This document shows positions 28,912 to 37,978 of a stretch of 64,000 nucleotides of DNA, piece after piece. The stretch's first letter is position 1, and every line of letters starts with the position of its first letter. A program made the position numbers and the translations under genes. Below the pieces are notes generated by a model, which was not told the origin of the DNA, searched no databases, and saw nothing but the letters and a program-made list of their open reading frames with translations. The stretch spans positions 128,001-192,000 of the forward strand of contig CAWFXA010000002.1 of assembly GCA_963819655.1 (NCBI GenBank). The letters are read 5' to 3'. The DNA is from an uncultured Chloroflexia bacterium (GTDB lineage Bacteria > Chloroflexota > Limnocylindria > Limnocylindrales > CSP1-4).

Positions 28912-29715
28912 TCACCGGCCGGTCCAGGCTGGGGGCCGCTTCTCCTGGAACGCGCGCATGCCCTCGCGCTGGTCGGCGGTCGCGAACAGGTCGAAGAACG
29001 CCTCGCGCTCGGCCCGCAGGCCCGCGCTGAGCGGGAGCTCGGCGGCCGCCAGGACCGACCGCTTGGCGGCCCGGACGGCGAGCGGTGGCATGACGGCGAT
29101 CCGATCCGCCAGGTCGAGCGCGGCGGGGAGCACCTGATCGGCCGGGACGACGCTCGTCACGAGACCGGCGGCGTGTGCCTCTGCCGCCGGCATCGTCCGC
29201 CCGGTCAGGACGAGCTCCATCGCCCGGGCGATCCCGATCGCCCTGGTCAGCCGCTGGGTGCCGCCTGCGCCGGGCATCACGCCGATCCGGATCTCGGGCT
29301 GTCCAAACTGGGCGTCATCGCCCGCCACGATCAGGTCACACGTCATCGCGAGCTCGCACCCGCCGCCGAGGGCGAAACCACGCACGGCGGCGATGAGCGG
29401 GATGCCGATCGCACCGAGGCGGTCCCAAGCGTCGAAATGACCCTCGGCGCGCAGGCGTTCCGGGGTCTGGTCGGCAAGCTCGACGATGTCGGCACCCGCC
29501 GCGAAGGCCCGGTCACCCGCACCTGTGATGACCGCCACACGCGTCCGGCCGTCGCGGTCCAGCTCCTCGAGCGCGTCGGCGAGCTCGGCGAGCAGGGCGA
29601 AGCTCAGCGCGTTCCTGGTCTCCGGCCGCTCGATCGTGACGAGCGCGACACCATCGTGCCCGTCGGTCGGGGCATCGACGCGGATGAAGCGGGTCGTCGG
29701 CATCGCGTCGGTCAC
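28912..29715 (-). CDS. paaF: Enoyl-CoA hydratase (2,3-dehydroadipyl-CoA hydratase-like)
   Basis: AFAAGADI, ALGGGCEL, FGQPEI, PGAGGTQRL. Confidence 0.85.
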   Translation of the reverse strand: MTDAMPTTRFIRVDAPTDGHDGVALVTIERPETRNALSFALLAELADALEELDRDGRTRVAVITGAGDRAFAAGADIVELADQTPERLRAEGHFDAWDRLGAIGIPLIAAVRGFALGGGCELAMTCDLIVAGDDAQFGQPEIRIGVMPGAGGTQRLTRAIGIARAMELVLTGRTMPAAEAHAAGLVTSVVPADQVLPAALDLADRIAVMPPLAVRAAKRSVLAAAELPLSAGLRAEREAFFDLFATADQREGMRAFQEKRPPAWTGR

Positions 29716-29776
29716 GCAGGCTCCTCACGGCTCGTTCCGGCAAGTATCCATGACCCGGGAAGGGTCACGACGGCCG

Positions 29777-30109
29777 TCACGGGGCCGGTGCGAGATCGGG
29801 GGCATCCTCGAGGACGAGCAGCGTCGACAGCCCCGGGGCGATCTCGCGCAGGCTGCGCCCCGCTGCCCGCATCGCATCAGAGGCGAGTCCGGCATCGAGC
29901 GACGAGCGGTCGTCGAAATGCATCGCTGTGACCAACACGAGGTCGGTCTCGCCGCCGAGGGCCTGGCTCACACGCCTGACCTCGGTGGACCGCAGCCCTG
30001 GGGTCTGGGCCACGAGCGGCAGGTGTTCGGCCGCATAACGGCGTTCGAATTCGGTCAGGGCGGCATCACCGCCGTCGGGCCGTCGATAGAGCGCGAGCAA
30101 CGTCGTCAT
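29777..30109 (-). CDS. EthD family protein
   Basis: LLALYRRP...FERRYAAEHLPLVAQTPGL...MHFDD. Confidence 0.85.
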   Translation of the reverse strand: MTTLLALYRRPDGGDAALTEFERRYAAEHLPLVAQTPGLRSTEVRRVSQALGGETDLVLVTAMHFDDRSSLDAGLASDAMRAAGRSLREIAPGLSTLLVLEDAPDLAPAP

Positions 30110-30912
30110 CCGGGGACCTCCGTGGCGCGTGTCTCGCCCGCGCGGTCGCGGGCGATCGACTCGGTCGATCGGTAGAAGTCATCGAGCGCGGCGTGCAGCA
30201 GCGCCGGCCGCTCGACAAGCGAATCATGACCGACGCCCGGCAGCACGAGGAGCCGCCCGTCACGGACCTGCCGCGCGAGCGCATCTGCCTGCGCCACCGG
30301 CACGAAGGGGTCGCGATCGCCAGCCGCGACCAGCGCCGGCGAGTCGATGGCGCGAAGCTCGCGGGCCGTCAGGAGCGGCTGCGCAGCGATGTCGGCGACG
30401 ATCGCGGTCAGCAGCCGCGGCCAGGCGCCGGAGCCCTGGACGGGATCGTGGCGGACAGCCAGCCTGCGCGCCCAGTCCGGGTCGTCGCGCTCGATCCGTG
30501 CGGGGTCCATGAGCACGCGGCCGGCCCTGAGCCGTGGCTCGCGGTCCGCGCCGATGCTGATCGCCACGAGCGTCCGGATGCGCTCCGGGAACCGTGCCGC
30601 GACGTGCAGCGCTGTCATCCCGCCCATCGAGTAGCCGAGCAGATGGAACGTCGGCAGGTCGAGCGCATCGGCGAACCCGACGACATCGTCGACGAGCTCG
30701 GCCGTCGTCCAGCCGTCGGCTGGATCCCAGCGGGTGCCCGCGTGGCCCCGTGCGTCGGGCAGGTAGACGCGGAACCGAGGGGCAACGACCGGCCGGAGCG
30801 TAGCGAAATGGTCGCGGCCGCTGCCGGTCGCACCGTGGAGCATGACGAGCGGCGGTCCGGCCCCGTCGACCTCGTACGCCGTGATGAGCCCGTTCGCCTC
30901 GACCGTCGGCAT
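30106..30912 (-). CDS. Alpha/beta hydrolase
   Basis: LHG, DARGHA, GYSMGG nucleophile elbow, GDRD, GH. Start ATG 30912 with TAGGAT 8 nt upstream. Confidence 0.9.
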   Translation of the reverse strand: MPTVEANGLITAYEVDGAGPPLVMLHGATGSGRDHFATLRPVVAPRFRVYLPDARGHAGTRWDPADGWTTAELVDDVVGFADALDLPTFHLLGYSMGGMTALHVAARFPERIRTLVAISIGADREPRLRAGRVLMDPARIERDDPDWARRLAVRHDPVQGSGAWPRLLTAIVADIAAQPLLTARELRAIDSPALVAAGDRDPFVPVAQADALARQVRDGRLLVLPGVGHDSLVERPALLHAALDDFYRSTESIARDRAGETRATEVPG

Positions 30913-30946
30913 CGGCGCCGATCCTACAGTCTGTATCCTCGGGCCG

Positions 30947-31861
30947 ATGCTGACCCAGCGTCCGGCCGCCGCCATGGACGACCTGCGAACGGCCACGGAC
31001 CTGATGTCGGCGGCCTGGCGGGCCGGTTCCCCGCTCGTGGCCGAGTCCCCGGCGGCGATCGAGTGGTGGTACGCCCTGACGTCCCCAGATCCACTCGGCG
31101 ACCACCTGCGCCTGTGGTTCGATGGGTCGCGGGCCGTCGCCTGGTCATGGCACGAGCCGCCCGAGCTGGAGACGCATGTCTGGTCCGGCGACCCCGATCG
31201 CGATACGGCGATCTACCGGGAGATCATCGGGGCCGTCATCGACGAGGCCGACGGTCGCGAGGTCGGCGCCTTCGCGGCCGAGGACGATCCGGCGTCGATG
31301 GGCGTCCTGACGGAGCTCGGGTTCAGCTCGGGCGGACGACGCCTGTCGCAGTGGCAGCGCCACGCGAGCGATGGCCCGCTCGAGCTGGCGGCCGTGCCGG
31401 ACGGCTACCGGATCCGGAGCGTGGGTGGCGAGGACGAGTTCGCCGCTCGCGTCGACCTCCACCGGGCCGCCTTCCCGACATCGCGGCTGACCGTCGAGAA
31501 GTACGAGCGGCTGCTCAGCGTCCCCCATTACCGCCTCGAGGACGATCTCGTCGTCGAGGCGCCGGATGGCACGCTGGCGGCCTTCGCACTTGGCTGGCTC
31601 GATCCGGTCGGCGGCGTCGCAGAGCTCGAGCCGGTCGGGACCCACCCGGATCATCAGCGCCGCGGCCTGTCGCGCGCCGTGGTCACCGCGGCCAGTACGC
31701 GGTTTTTCAAAGCTGGCGTCCGGGCGGTCCAGGTTTATGCGGATGCCTCCGAGGCGGCAGCCGAGGCCCTCTATGCGTCGGTCGGGTTCCACCGGCGCAC
31801 CTACCACCAGCGCTACGTGCACGGGCCGTCGCGCCCGTCGGAAGGTACGATCGACGCATGA
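30947..31861 (+). CDS. GNAT family N-acetyltransferase (tandem domains)
   Basis: EPVGTHPDHQRRGLS, ALYASVGF. ATG 30947 with TATCCT 7 nt upstream. Confidence 0.85.
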   Translation: MLTQRPAAAMDDLRTATDLMSAAWRAGSPLVAESPAAIEWWYALTSPDPLGDHLRLWFDGSRAVAWSWHEPPELETHVWSGDPDRDTAIYREIIGAVIDEADGREVGAFAAEDDPASMGVLTELGFSSGGRRLSQWQRHASDGPLELAAVPDGYRIRSVGGEDEFAARVDLHRAAFPTSRLTVEKYERLLSVPHYRLEDDLVVEAPDGTLAAFALGWLDPVGGVAELEPVGTHPDHQRRGLSRAVVTAASTRFFKAGVRAVQVYADASEAAAEALYASVGFHRRTYHQRYVHGPSRPSEGTIDA

Positions 31862-33267
31862 CGGACGAGCGCCCCTCGACGCGCACCGAGCGCGACTCCA
31901 TGGGTGAGATGGCCGTCCCTGCGGATGCGCTCTACGGCGCCTCGACCCAGCGGGCCGTCCTGAACTTCCCGATCTCCGGACAGCCCTTCCCAAGACGCTT
32001 CATCCGCGCTTTGGCTCTCATCAAGCTTGCCGCGGCCGAGACGAACGGCGAGCTCGGCCTGCTCGCGCCGGAGGTCGCGTCGGCGATCGCCTGGGCGGCG
32101 ACCACCGTCGCCGACGGGGACCACGACGCACAGTTCCCGATCGACATCTACCAGACAGGCTCGGGCACTTCCACGAACACGAACATGAACGAGGTAGTGG
32201 CGCGTCTGGCGTCGGCCCGGCTTGGGGAGGGCCACCGGGTCCACCCGAACGACGACGTCAACCGGGGCCAAAGCTCGAACGACGACATCCCGACCGCGCT
32301 CCAGCTCAGCGCGGCGATGGCGATCGAGGAGGTCCTCATCCCCGCGCTCGTCCGTCTCCAGGATGCCCTGGCCGCGAAGGCCGAGGAGTTCTGGCCCGTC
32401 ATCAAGACCGGCCGGACGCACCTCCAGGACGCGACGCCGATCCGCCTCGGGCAGGAGTTCCAGGGCTATGCGGGTCAGGTCGAGGAGGCGATCCGCCGCG
32501 TCCAGGCGGCCCGCGACGAGCTCCTGACCGTGCCACTCGGCGGGACCGCGGTCGGGACCGGGATCAACGCGCACCCGGAATTCGCCGCCCGGGCCTGCGC
32601 CCGGCTGACCGAGCTGCTGGCCCTCCCAGTCCGCGAGGCGCCGAACCACTTCCATGCCCAGTCATCGCTCGACGTCCCGATCGCCGCCCACGGCGCGATC
32701 CGGACGACCGCGCTGGGACTGTGGAAGATCGGGTCCGACATCCGCCTGATGGGCATGGGGCCGCGGGCCGGGCTCGCCGAGCTGGCACTCCCCGAGACGC
32801 AGCCCGGGTCGTCGATCATGCCGGGCAAGGTGAACCCGGTGATCATCGAGAGCCTGACCATGGTCGTGGCGCGGGTGGTCGGCAACGACGCGACCGTCGC
32901 CTTCGCCCAGACCGGCTCCCTGCTGGAGCTCAACGTGATGCTGCCGGTCACCGCGGTCGCGCTCCTCGAATCGATCGAGCTGCTCGGGGCAGCGGCCGCC
33001 AACTTCGCCGATCGGACCGTCGCGGGTCTGGCCGCCACAGAACGGGGACCCGAGCTCGTCGAGCAGGGGCTGATGCTCGCCACCGCCCTCGCCCCGGTCA
33101 TCGGCTACGACGAAGCGGCGGCCCTCGCCAAGGAGGCGCTCAAGAGCGGGCGCACGATCCGCGAGCTGGCGCTCGAGCGTGGGATGGCCCCCGACGAGCT
33201 GGATCGGCTGCTGGACCCGGCGACCATGACCGCCCCCGGCATCGGCGGCGGCTCCGGCGGCGGCTGA
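31858..33267 (+). CDS. fumC: Class II fumarate hydratase
   Basis: RTERDSMG, QTGSGTSTNTNMNEV, HPNDDVN, GRTHLQDATP, GSSIMPGKVNP. Confidence 0.92.
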   Translation: MTDERPSTRTERDSMGEMAVPADALYGASTQRAVLNFPISGQPFPRRFIRALALIKLAAAETNGELGLLAPEVASAIAWAATTVADGDHDAQFPIDIYQTGSGTSTNTNMNEVVARLASARLGEGHRVHPNDDVNRGQSSNDDIPTALQLSAAMAIEEVLIPALVRLQDALAAKAEEFWPVIKTGRTHLQDATPIRLGQEFQGYAGQVEEAIRRVQAARDELLTVPLGGTAVGTGINAHPEFAARACARLTELLALPVREAPNHFHAQSSLDVPIAAHGAIRTTALGLWKIGSDIRLMGMGPRAGLAELALPETQPGSSIMPGKVNPVIIESLTMVVARVVGNDATVAFAQTGSLLELNVMLPVTAVALLESIELLGAAAANFADRTVAGLAATERGPELVEQGLMLATALAPVIGYDEAAALAKEALKSGRTIRELALERGMAPDELDRLLDPATMTAPGIGGGSGGG

Positions 33268-33269
33268 GG

Positions 33270-33962
33270 TCAGGCCCGCCGCAGCGGCACGGACGGTCTG
33301 ACCGCGGCGATGGCGAGCCCCAGCCACGCGGCACCGGCGACCGGCCATGCGGCTGGCGACGGGACGAGCATCGCCGCACCCGCCACCAGGAGCGCCTCGG
33401 CGAACGGCCTGTCCCCGGCTCTCGCCCGGACCAGGCCGACGGCGATCGTCCCAACCCCTGCGACCGACTGGCCCGCGCCCGTGATGGCCCCGTAGGGACC
33501 GCCGACCGCGGCGATCGCGAGGACCGCGATCCAGAGGACATACCCAACGATCGCGATCGCCAGGGCGGCGGCACTTCCGCGTGGGGCAGCGACGCCCGAG
33601 CGACGACCCAACGCGACGACGACCCGGAAGGCGGCAACAGCGCCGAGGAGGCCGATCGGGAGGGTTTCGGCCAGGTAGCCCGGCCAATCCGGCGCGAGCG
33701 GCTGCGTCGCGCTCGCGAGCCCGGCCACGATCCAGGCGACGCCGGCGATCAGCGCGGCGATGAGCGGGATCTGTGGCGGGGTCATCGGGGCGGCATGCGC
33801 GTCCCAGGCGCCTCGCGCAAGGTCGAGTCGGGCCCGCCAGTCGGGTGGGCGAGCCTCCAACACGGCCAGCATCTCCGGTTCGTAGCGCTCCCGCCAGGCA
33901 CGCGGGTAGAGGCGCAGCCAGGCAGCCCCGGTGACGCTCGACGATCGTCGGTTCAGACGCAT
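33270..33962 (-). CDS. PadR-associated membrane protein
   Basis: N-terminal LRLYPRAWRERYEPEM...DLARGA motif followed by about 5 hydrophobic segments. Confidence 0.7.
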   Translation of the reverse strand: MRLNRRSSSVTGAAWLRLYPRAWRERYEPEMLAVLEARPPDWRARLDLARGAWDAHAAPMTPPQIPLIAALIAGVAWIVAGLASATQPLAPDWPGYLAETLPIGLLGAVAAFRVVVALGRRSGVAAPRGSAAALAIAIVGYVLWIAVLAIAAVGGPYGAITGAGQSVAGVGTIAVGLVRARAGDRPFAEALLVAGAAMLVPSPAAWPVAGAAWLGLAIAAVRPSVPLRRA

Positions 33963-34645
33963 CCGTTCTCGATCAGCGGCGGGATCACCCCCGGCCGGCC
34001 GAGCGGGATCGGCAACGGTCCGAAGGTGAGCTTCGAGGTATCGACGAACAGCACGCCGTCCTCGTCGACGCGGACCGCGAAGCGATCCATGCCTCGCTCG
34101 GCGGGGCCGTAGCGGAGCCCCTCGATCTTGATCCCGAGGCGATCGTAGCGCGACTGGTGGCACGGGCAGCGCATCCAGAAGTCCTCGAGGCACGGATTGG
34201 GGCGGCATCCCAGGTGAGGGCAGATCTGCGACAGGGCGCGGACGTTGAGCGCCTGCCCATCGCCGGTCTCATCCTCGCCCGGGAACCAGCCGCCGCGCGC
34301 CGGATCGATGATGATCACGAAGGCCTTGGCGGCGGCGACGTACGCCGGGAACCCCTCCCCGACCGGGAATGCAGCGTGCGTCGCGAGGAACTCCGCGAAC
34401 GTCCCGACCCGCACGACGCCGCTGGCTGCCCGACCCGCCGACCAGGCGAACGCGAGCGTGCCGGCCAGCGACTCGAGCAGCCACAGGCCGGCGGCCGTGC
34501 CGAGCGCTCGGCGAAGGAGCGTCCTGCGCGAGAAGCCGGTCGCCACGTCCGAGCGGGCGGCGCGCAACGCCGGGCCGGTAACGGACACGAAAGGCGTCGT
34601 CAGGTGAGAACTTGCCTGGGATCGCGGCCCGCCGTCCGCACTCAT
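33953..34645 (-). CDS. Rieske 2Fe-2S protein, cytochrome bc-type, with Tat-like anchor
   Basis: FSRRTLLRR + TM helix; CPHLGC and CPCHQSRYD; GPAERGM. ATG overlaps the padR stop. Confidence 0.88.
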   Translation of the reverse strand: MSADGGPRSQASSHLTTPFVSVTGPALRAARSDVATGFSRRTLLRRALGTAAGLWLLESLAGTLAFAWSAGRAASGVVRVGTFAEFLATHAAFPVGEGFPAYVAAAKAFVIIIDPARGGWFPGEDETGDGQALNVRALSQICPHLGCRPNPCLEDFWMRCPCHQSRYDRLGIKIEGLRYGPAERGMDRFAVRVDEDGVLFVDTSKLTFGPLPIPLGRPGVIPPLIENGCV

Positions 34646-34965
34646 GACGATGAGTCGCGCAGCCGGTCGAGGCCGGTCCTGGCCAGCCCCTTGAGACGCT
34701 CGAGCTGGGCACGGACGGTCGTCTCGCCCAGACCGGTCAGCCGGTACGGCCGCCGCCGGTCGACCGCCTCCAGCGGTTCGATGAGGCCGCGCCGTTCCAG
34801 CCTGGCCAACGCGCCGTACAGCGTGCCGGGCCCCATCGGCGACCCGGTGAGTGCCTCGACGTCGGTCATGATCGCGTAGCCGTGTTTGGGCCCGCTGCTC
34901 AGCGACACCAGGATGTACAGAGCGGGTTCCGCGAAACGCCCGAGGTCGAGGTCGCTGTCTTTCAT
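34642..34965 (-). CDS. PadR family regulator
   Basis: ILVSLSSGPKHGYAI, GPGTLYGALARLE, RRRPYRLT. Confidence 0.93.
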   Translation of the reverse strand: MKDSDLDLGRFAEPALYILVSLSSGPKHGYAIMTDVEALTGSPMGPGTLYGALARLERRGLIEPLEAVDRRRPYRLTGLGETTVRAQLERLKGLARTGLDRLRDSSS

Positions 34966-34981
34966 TAGGTCGAACCTCTTC

Positions 34982-35040
34982 TATAACGTGCCGCGTTATA
35001 TCGTGGCACGATATATAGGCTCCAAACGCCGCGCCGTCAA
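34982..35040 (-). promoter_or_regulatory. padR promoter with two overlapping 19-bp palindromic operators
   Basis: Minus strand TTGACG-17 bp-TATATA. TATAACG-N5-CGTTATA (34982-35000) and TATATCGTG-G-CACGATATA (34997-35015). Confidence 0.7.
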
Positions 35041-35081
35041 GCCCCGCGGTCCGCGAGCGGCGACCGGTACAATCCGGCGCG

Positions 35082-35861
35082 ATGACCGACACCCGTCTCT
35101 GGGATCGCGCCGCCCGTGGCGTTGCCACCGACGGCCGCCGCCTGCCGGCCATGGCCAGCCTGGATCCCGGGGTACCGAGCGTCGCCGAGCTGTTCGACTT
35201 CATGCGCGACGCCGAGCTCCGGTTCGCGACCCTCCGGATGCGGATCCTCGAACGCGTCGTGACGACTCGGGGCGAGGACGTCACCCAGGTCGACGTCATG
35301 CTCAGACATCCGGGCCAAGCCAAGGTCACGACCAGCCGCCCGGGCGAGATCGTCGGGGGGCATTACGAGATCTGGATCTCGGATGGCGACCTCGTGCGGA
35401 CCTACGCCGCGGCGCACAAGCTCGGCACCCAACGGCCGATCCGGAACCGCCCGCGCGGGCTGGATGACCCGGATCTGCCCGGCATGTCGCGGATCTACGA
35501 ACCGGTCACGCCGCTTCAGATGGAGACGTTGCCCGACACGTTCGTGCACCCGGCCGGGTTCTGCCAGAACGTCCTTGCGACGGGGCGGTGCACGATCACC
35601 GGCACCGGCGAGGCCAGCGGTCGAGCGACGATCCTGTTGCGCTGCGACCATCCGCGCACGATCGAGCTCCCCGCCGACCGGCGCGACCACAGCTTCGAGA
35701 TCGTCGTGGACCGCGAGACCGGCCTGATCCTGCGCTTGATCGAGACGATCGGCGGATCCGTGACGCGCGATGCGCTCGTCACCGAGATCGCGCCGGAAGC
35801 GTCGCTCCCGCCATCGGCCTTCGAGTTCGTCTTCCCGACCGGGACGACGATGCTCTACTAG
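35082..35861 (+). CDS. Hypothetical protein, LolA/RseB-like fold, no signal peptide
   Basis: IWISDGDLVRTY, IVVDRETGLILR, C-terminal AFEFVFPTG. TACAAT 8 nt before ATG. Confidence 0.6.
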   Translation: MTDTRLWDRAARGVATDGRRLPAMASLDPGVPSVAELFDFMRDAELRFATLRMRILERVVTTRGEDVTQVDVMLRHPGQAKVTTSRPGEIVGGHYEIWISDGDLVRTYAAAHKLGTQRPIRNRPRGLDDPDLPGMSRIYEPVTPLQMETLPDTFVHPAGFCQNVLATGRCTITGTGEASGRATILLRCDHPRTIELPADRRDHSFEIVVDRETGLILRLIETIGGSVTRDALVTEIAPEASLPPSAFEFVFPTGTTMLY

Positions 35862-36165
35862 AGCACCAACGACCCCCGGTCCCGCAGGCGCGACCGCTCT
35901 TCCGCCCGTTCGACCCGGCGCGTATAGTCGGCGCCGAGGTCGGATGCCCGCGCTGGAGGGAGCGCGCGGGTGGTCCGAGCATGCTGGCGAAAGGAGGCGC
36001 ACGCGACCCCTCGCCCCCGCGTCATCCAGGCACATCCCCGCATACGGCGCTCGGCGCACCGACATCGGTCGCAGCCGGCGCACGATCGGTCCTGACCCGG
36101 GCCCGATCATCCGGGCGATCGCCACCGCCCAAGGTCGGCGCTCCGCCCTCGTGAGGGAGGTATCG

Positions 36166-37875
36166 ATGACCCAGTCAACATCACGCGACGACGTCATCAA
36201 ACAGGACGTCGCTGACCTGCACAAGCTCGGTTACGCGCAGGAGCTTTTCCGCTCGATGGGCGGGTTCAGCAACTTCGCGATCAGCTTCAGCATCATCAGC
36301 ATCCTGACGGGCGCCGTCATCCTGTATGACTACGGCCTGGCGTGGGCCGGCACGGCTGCCGTGCTCATCGGCTGGCCACTGGTGACGATCTTCGTGCTCA
36401 TGATCGCTGCGAGCATGTCGGAGATCGCCTCCGCCTACCCGACCGCGGGCGGCCTGTACTACTGGGCGAGCCGGATGAAGGGCAACCAATGGGGCTGGTG
36501 GACGGCCTGGTTCAACCTGCTCGGCCAGTTCGCCATCGTCGCCGGTATCAGCTACGCCGCGGCGCAGTTCCTGAACGTCTCGCTGGTGACGCCGCTCCTG
36601 GACAACATCGGCATCGACTACGGCAACACCACTGTGATCATCGCCAACGGCGATGTCCCGATCCTGTCCGGAGCGCTCGTGACGATGGGCGTCCTGATGG
36701 CGATATGCCTTGCGCTCAATGTCGCCGGGATCAACCTGGTCGCGCTGCTCAACCAGGTCAGCGTGTGGTGGCATATCGCGATCGTCGCCGCGGTGGTTGT
36801 CCTCGTCTTCATCGCGGGCAAGCCGGACCAGTCCGGGATGACGCTGTTCGCGGTCCAGCCGCAGGACGTCGGGGGATCGTGGGCCAACGACCTCACGAAG
36901 ATCGGCCTCCCCATCAATCTGAGCTACGGCGCCGCCATCACCTATCCCTTGATCTTCGCCTTCCTCTTCTCACTCCTTCAGGCCAACTGGACGTACACGG
37001 GGTATGACGCTTCGGCGCATGTTGCGGAGGAGACGGTCGGTGCGCGGGTGTCGAGCGCTTGGGGCATCTTCCTGTCGGTGGCGGTGTCGGCCGTCGTCGG
37101 ATTCATCTTCCTGCTCGCCCTCACGACCCACCTCCCCGATCTGTCCACGCTCTTCCCAGCCGACTTGCTGACTGCAGACGCGGCGACGTACAGCACGTAC
37201 TACTTCGGACAGGGCTACGCCGTCTACGACACGCTCCGCTACAACCTCGACACCGTCGGGCAGCTGCTCGGCGCCGGGATCGCCATCGCGATGTCGTTCT
37301 GTGCCCTCTCGTCGGTCGCTTCTGCCGGGCGGATGTTGTTCGCCTTCAGCAGAGACGACGGTGTCCCCGGCTCGCGCTGGCTGAAGAAGGTGTCCCATCG
37401 CTATCGGACGCCGGTCAACGCGTTGATCGCGATCGTGGTGGTCGCGTTCCTGTTCACGGTCGCCGCGTTCTACGTCGGAGCGCTCGGCGGCCCGGGCGGC
37501 GGCGGGATCGCGATCGTGATCGTGACGGCGATCAGCACGATCTTCCTGTATGCGGCGTACGGCATCCCGATCTTCCTCGGGCTCACGACGAGCGAATGGA
37601 AGCAGGAACGGGTCTGGAGCCTTGGCCGCTGGTCGAAGATCGTCGCCACCGTGGCGCTGCTCTGGATCCTCGTTCTGCTCGTTCTGTTCTCCTTCCCGAC
37701 GTCCGGCAACATCAGCTGGCCCTTCATGGTGGGCGCCTTGATCCTGCTGCTCATCTACTACTTCGCCTGGGCGCGAAGTCGGTTCAAGGGACCACGACGC
37801 ATGGGCGATAGCGCCGAGCTGACCGAGATCGAGCGGGAGTTCGAGCACGCAGCCGAGGAGGTCCAGCCCGCCTGA
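36166..37875 (+). CDS. APC-family amino acid/amine permease
   Basis: SD GGAGG; LGYAQEL, FSNFAISFSIISI, SAYPTAGGLYYW, YTGYDASAHVAEET, RMLFAFSRD. Confidence 0.92.
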   Translation: MTQSTSRDDVIKQDVADLHKLGYAQELFRSMGGFSNFAISFSIISILTGAVILYDYGLAWAGTAAVLIGWPLVTIFVLMIAASMSEIASAYPTAGGLYYWASRMKGNQWGWWTAWFNLLGQFAIVAGISYAAAQFLNVSLVTPLLDNIGIDYGNTTVIIANGDVPILSGALVTMGVLMAICLALNVAGINLVALLNQVSVWWHIAIVAAVVVLVFIAGKPDQSGMTLFAVQPQDVGGSWANDLTKIGLPINLSYGAAITYPLIFAFLFSLLQANWTYTGYDASAHVAEETVGARVSSAWGIFLSVAVSAVVGFIFLLALTTHLPDLSTLFPADLLTADAATYSTYYFGQGYAVYDTLRYNLDTVGQLLGAGIAIAMSFCALSSVASAGRMLFAFSRDDGVPGSRWLKKVSHRYRTPVNALIAIVVVAFLFTVAAFYVGALGGPGGGGIAIVIVTAISTIFLYAAYGIPIFLGLTTSEWKQERVWSLGRWSKIVATVALLWILVLLVLFSFPTSGNISWPFMVGALILLLIYYFAWARSRFKGPRRMGDSAELTEIEREFEHAAEEVQPA

Positions 37876-37978
37876 CCCTCGCAACGGACCCGCACAGCAA
37901 CGGGGGCTTGCCCGGCACCGCCAGGCCGGCCCCCGAACCGTCATTGCCCGGGCACGGGCGTACGGACAAGGAGCGACG

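Noticed and set aside
30193-33267. Apparent 1024-aa FumC fusion (similar over-extensions at 3778..6780, 23636..25357, 33953..35329, 35770..37875, 53392..55380)
   Set aside because: The extensions overlap other real genes; true starts are marked by SD, -10 boxes or stop/start overlaps.
35862-36165. Guanidine-I (ykkC) riboswitch upstream of the permease, prompted by a stem followed by TGGTCCGAG
   Set aside because: The conserved 5' AGGGTTCCG and 3' ACAAAAGCCCGGGAG elements are absent; an Rfam scan would settle it.
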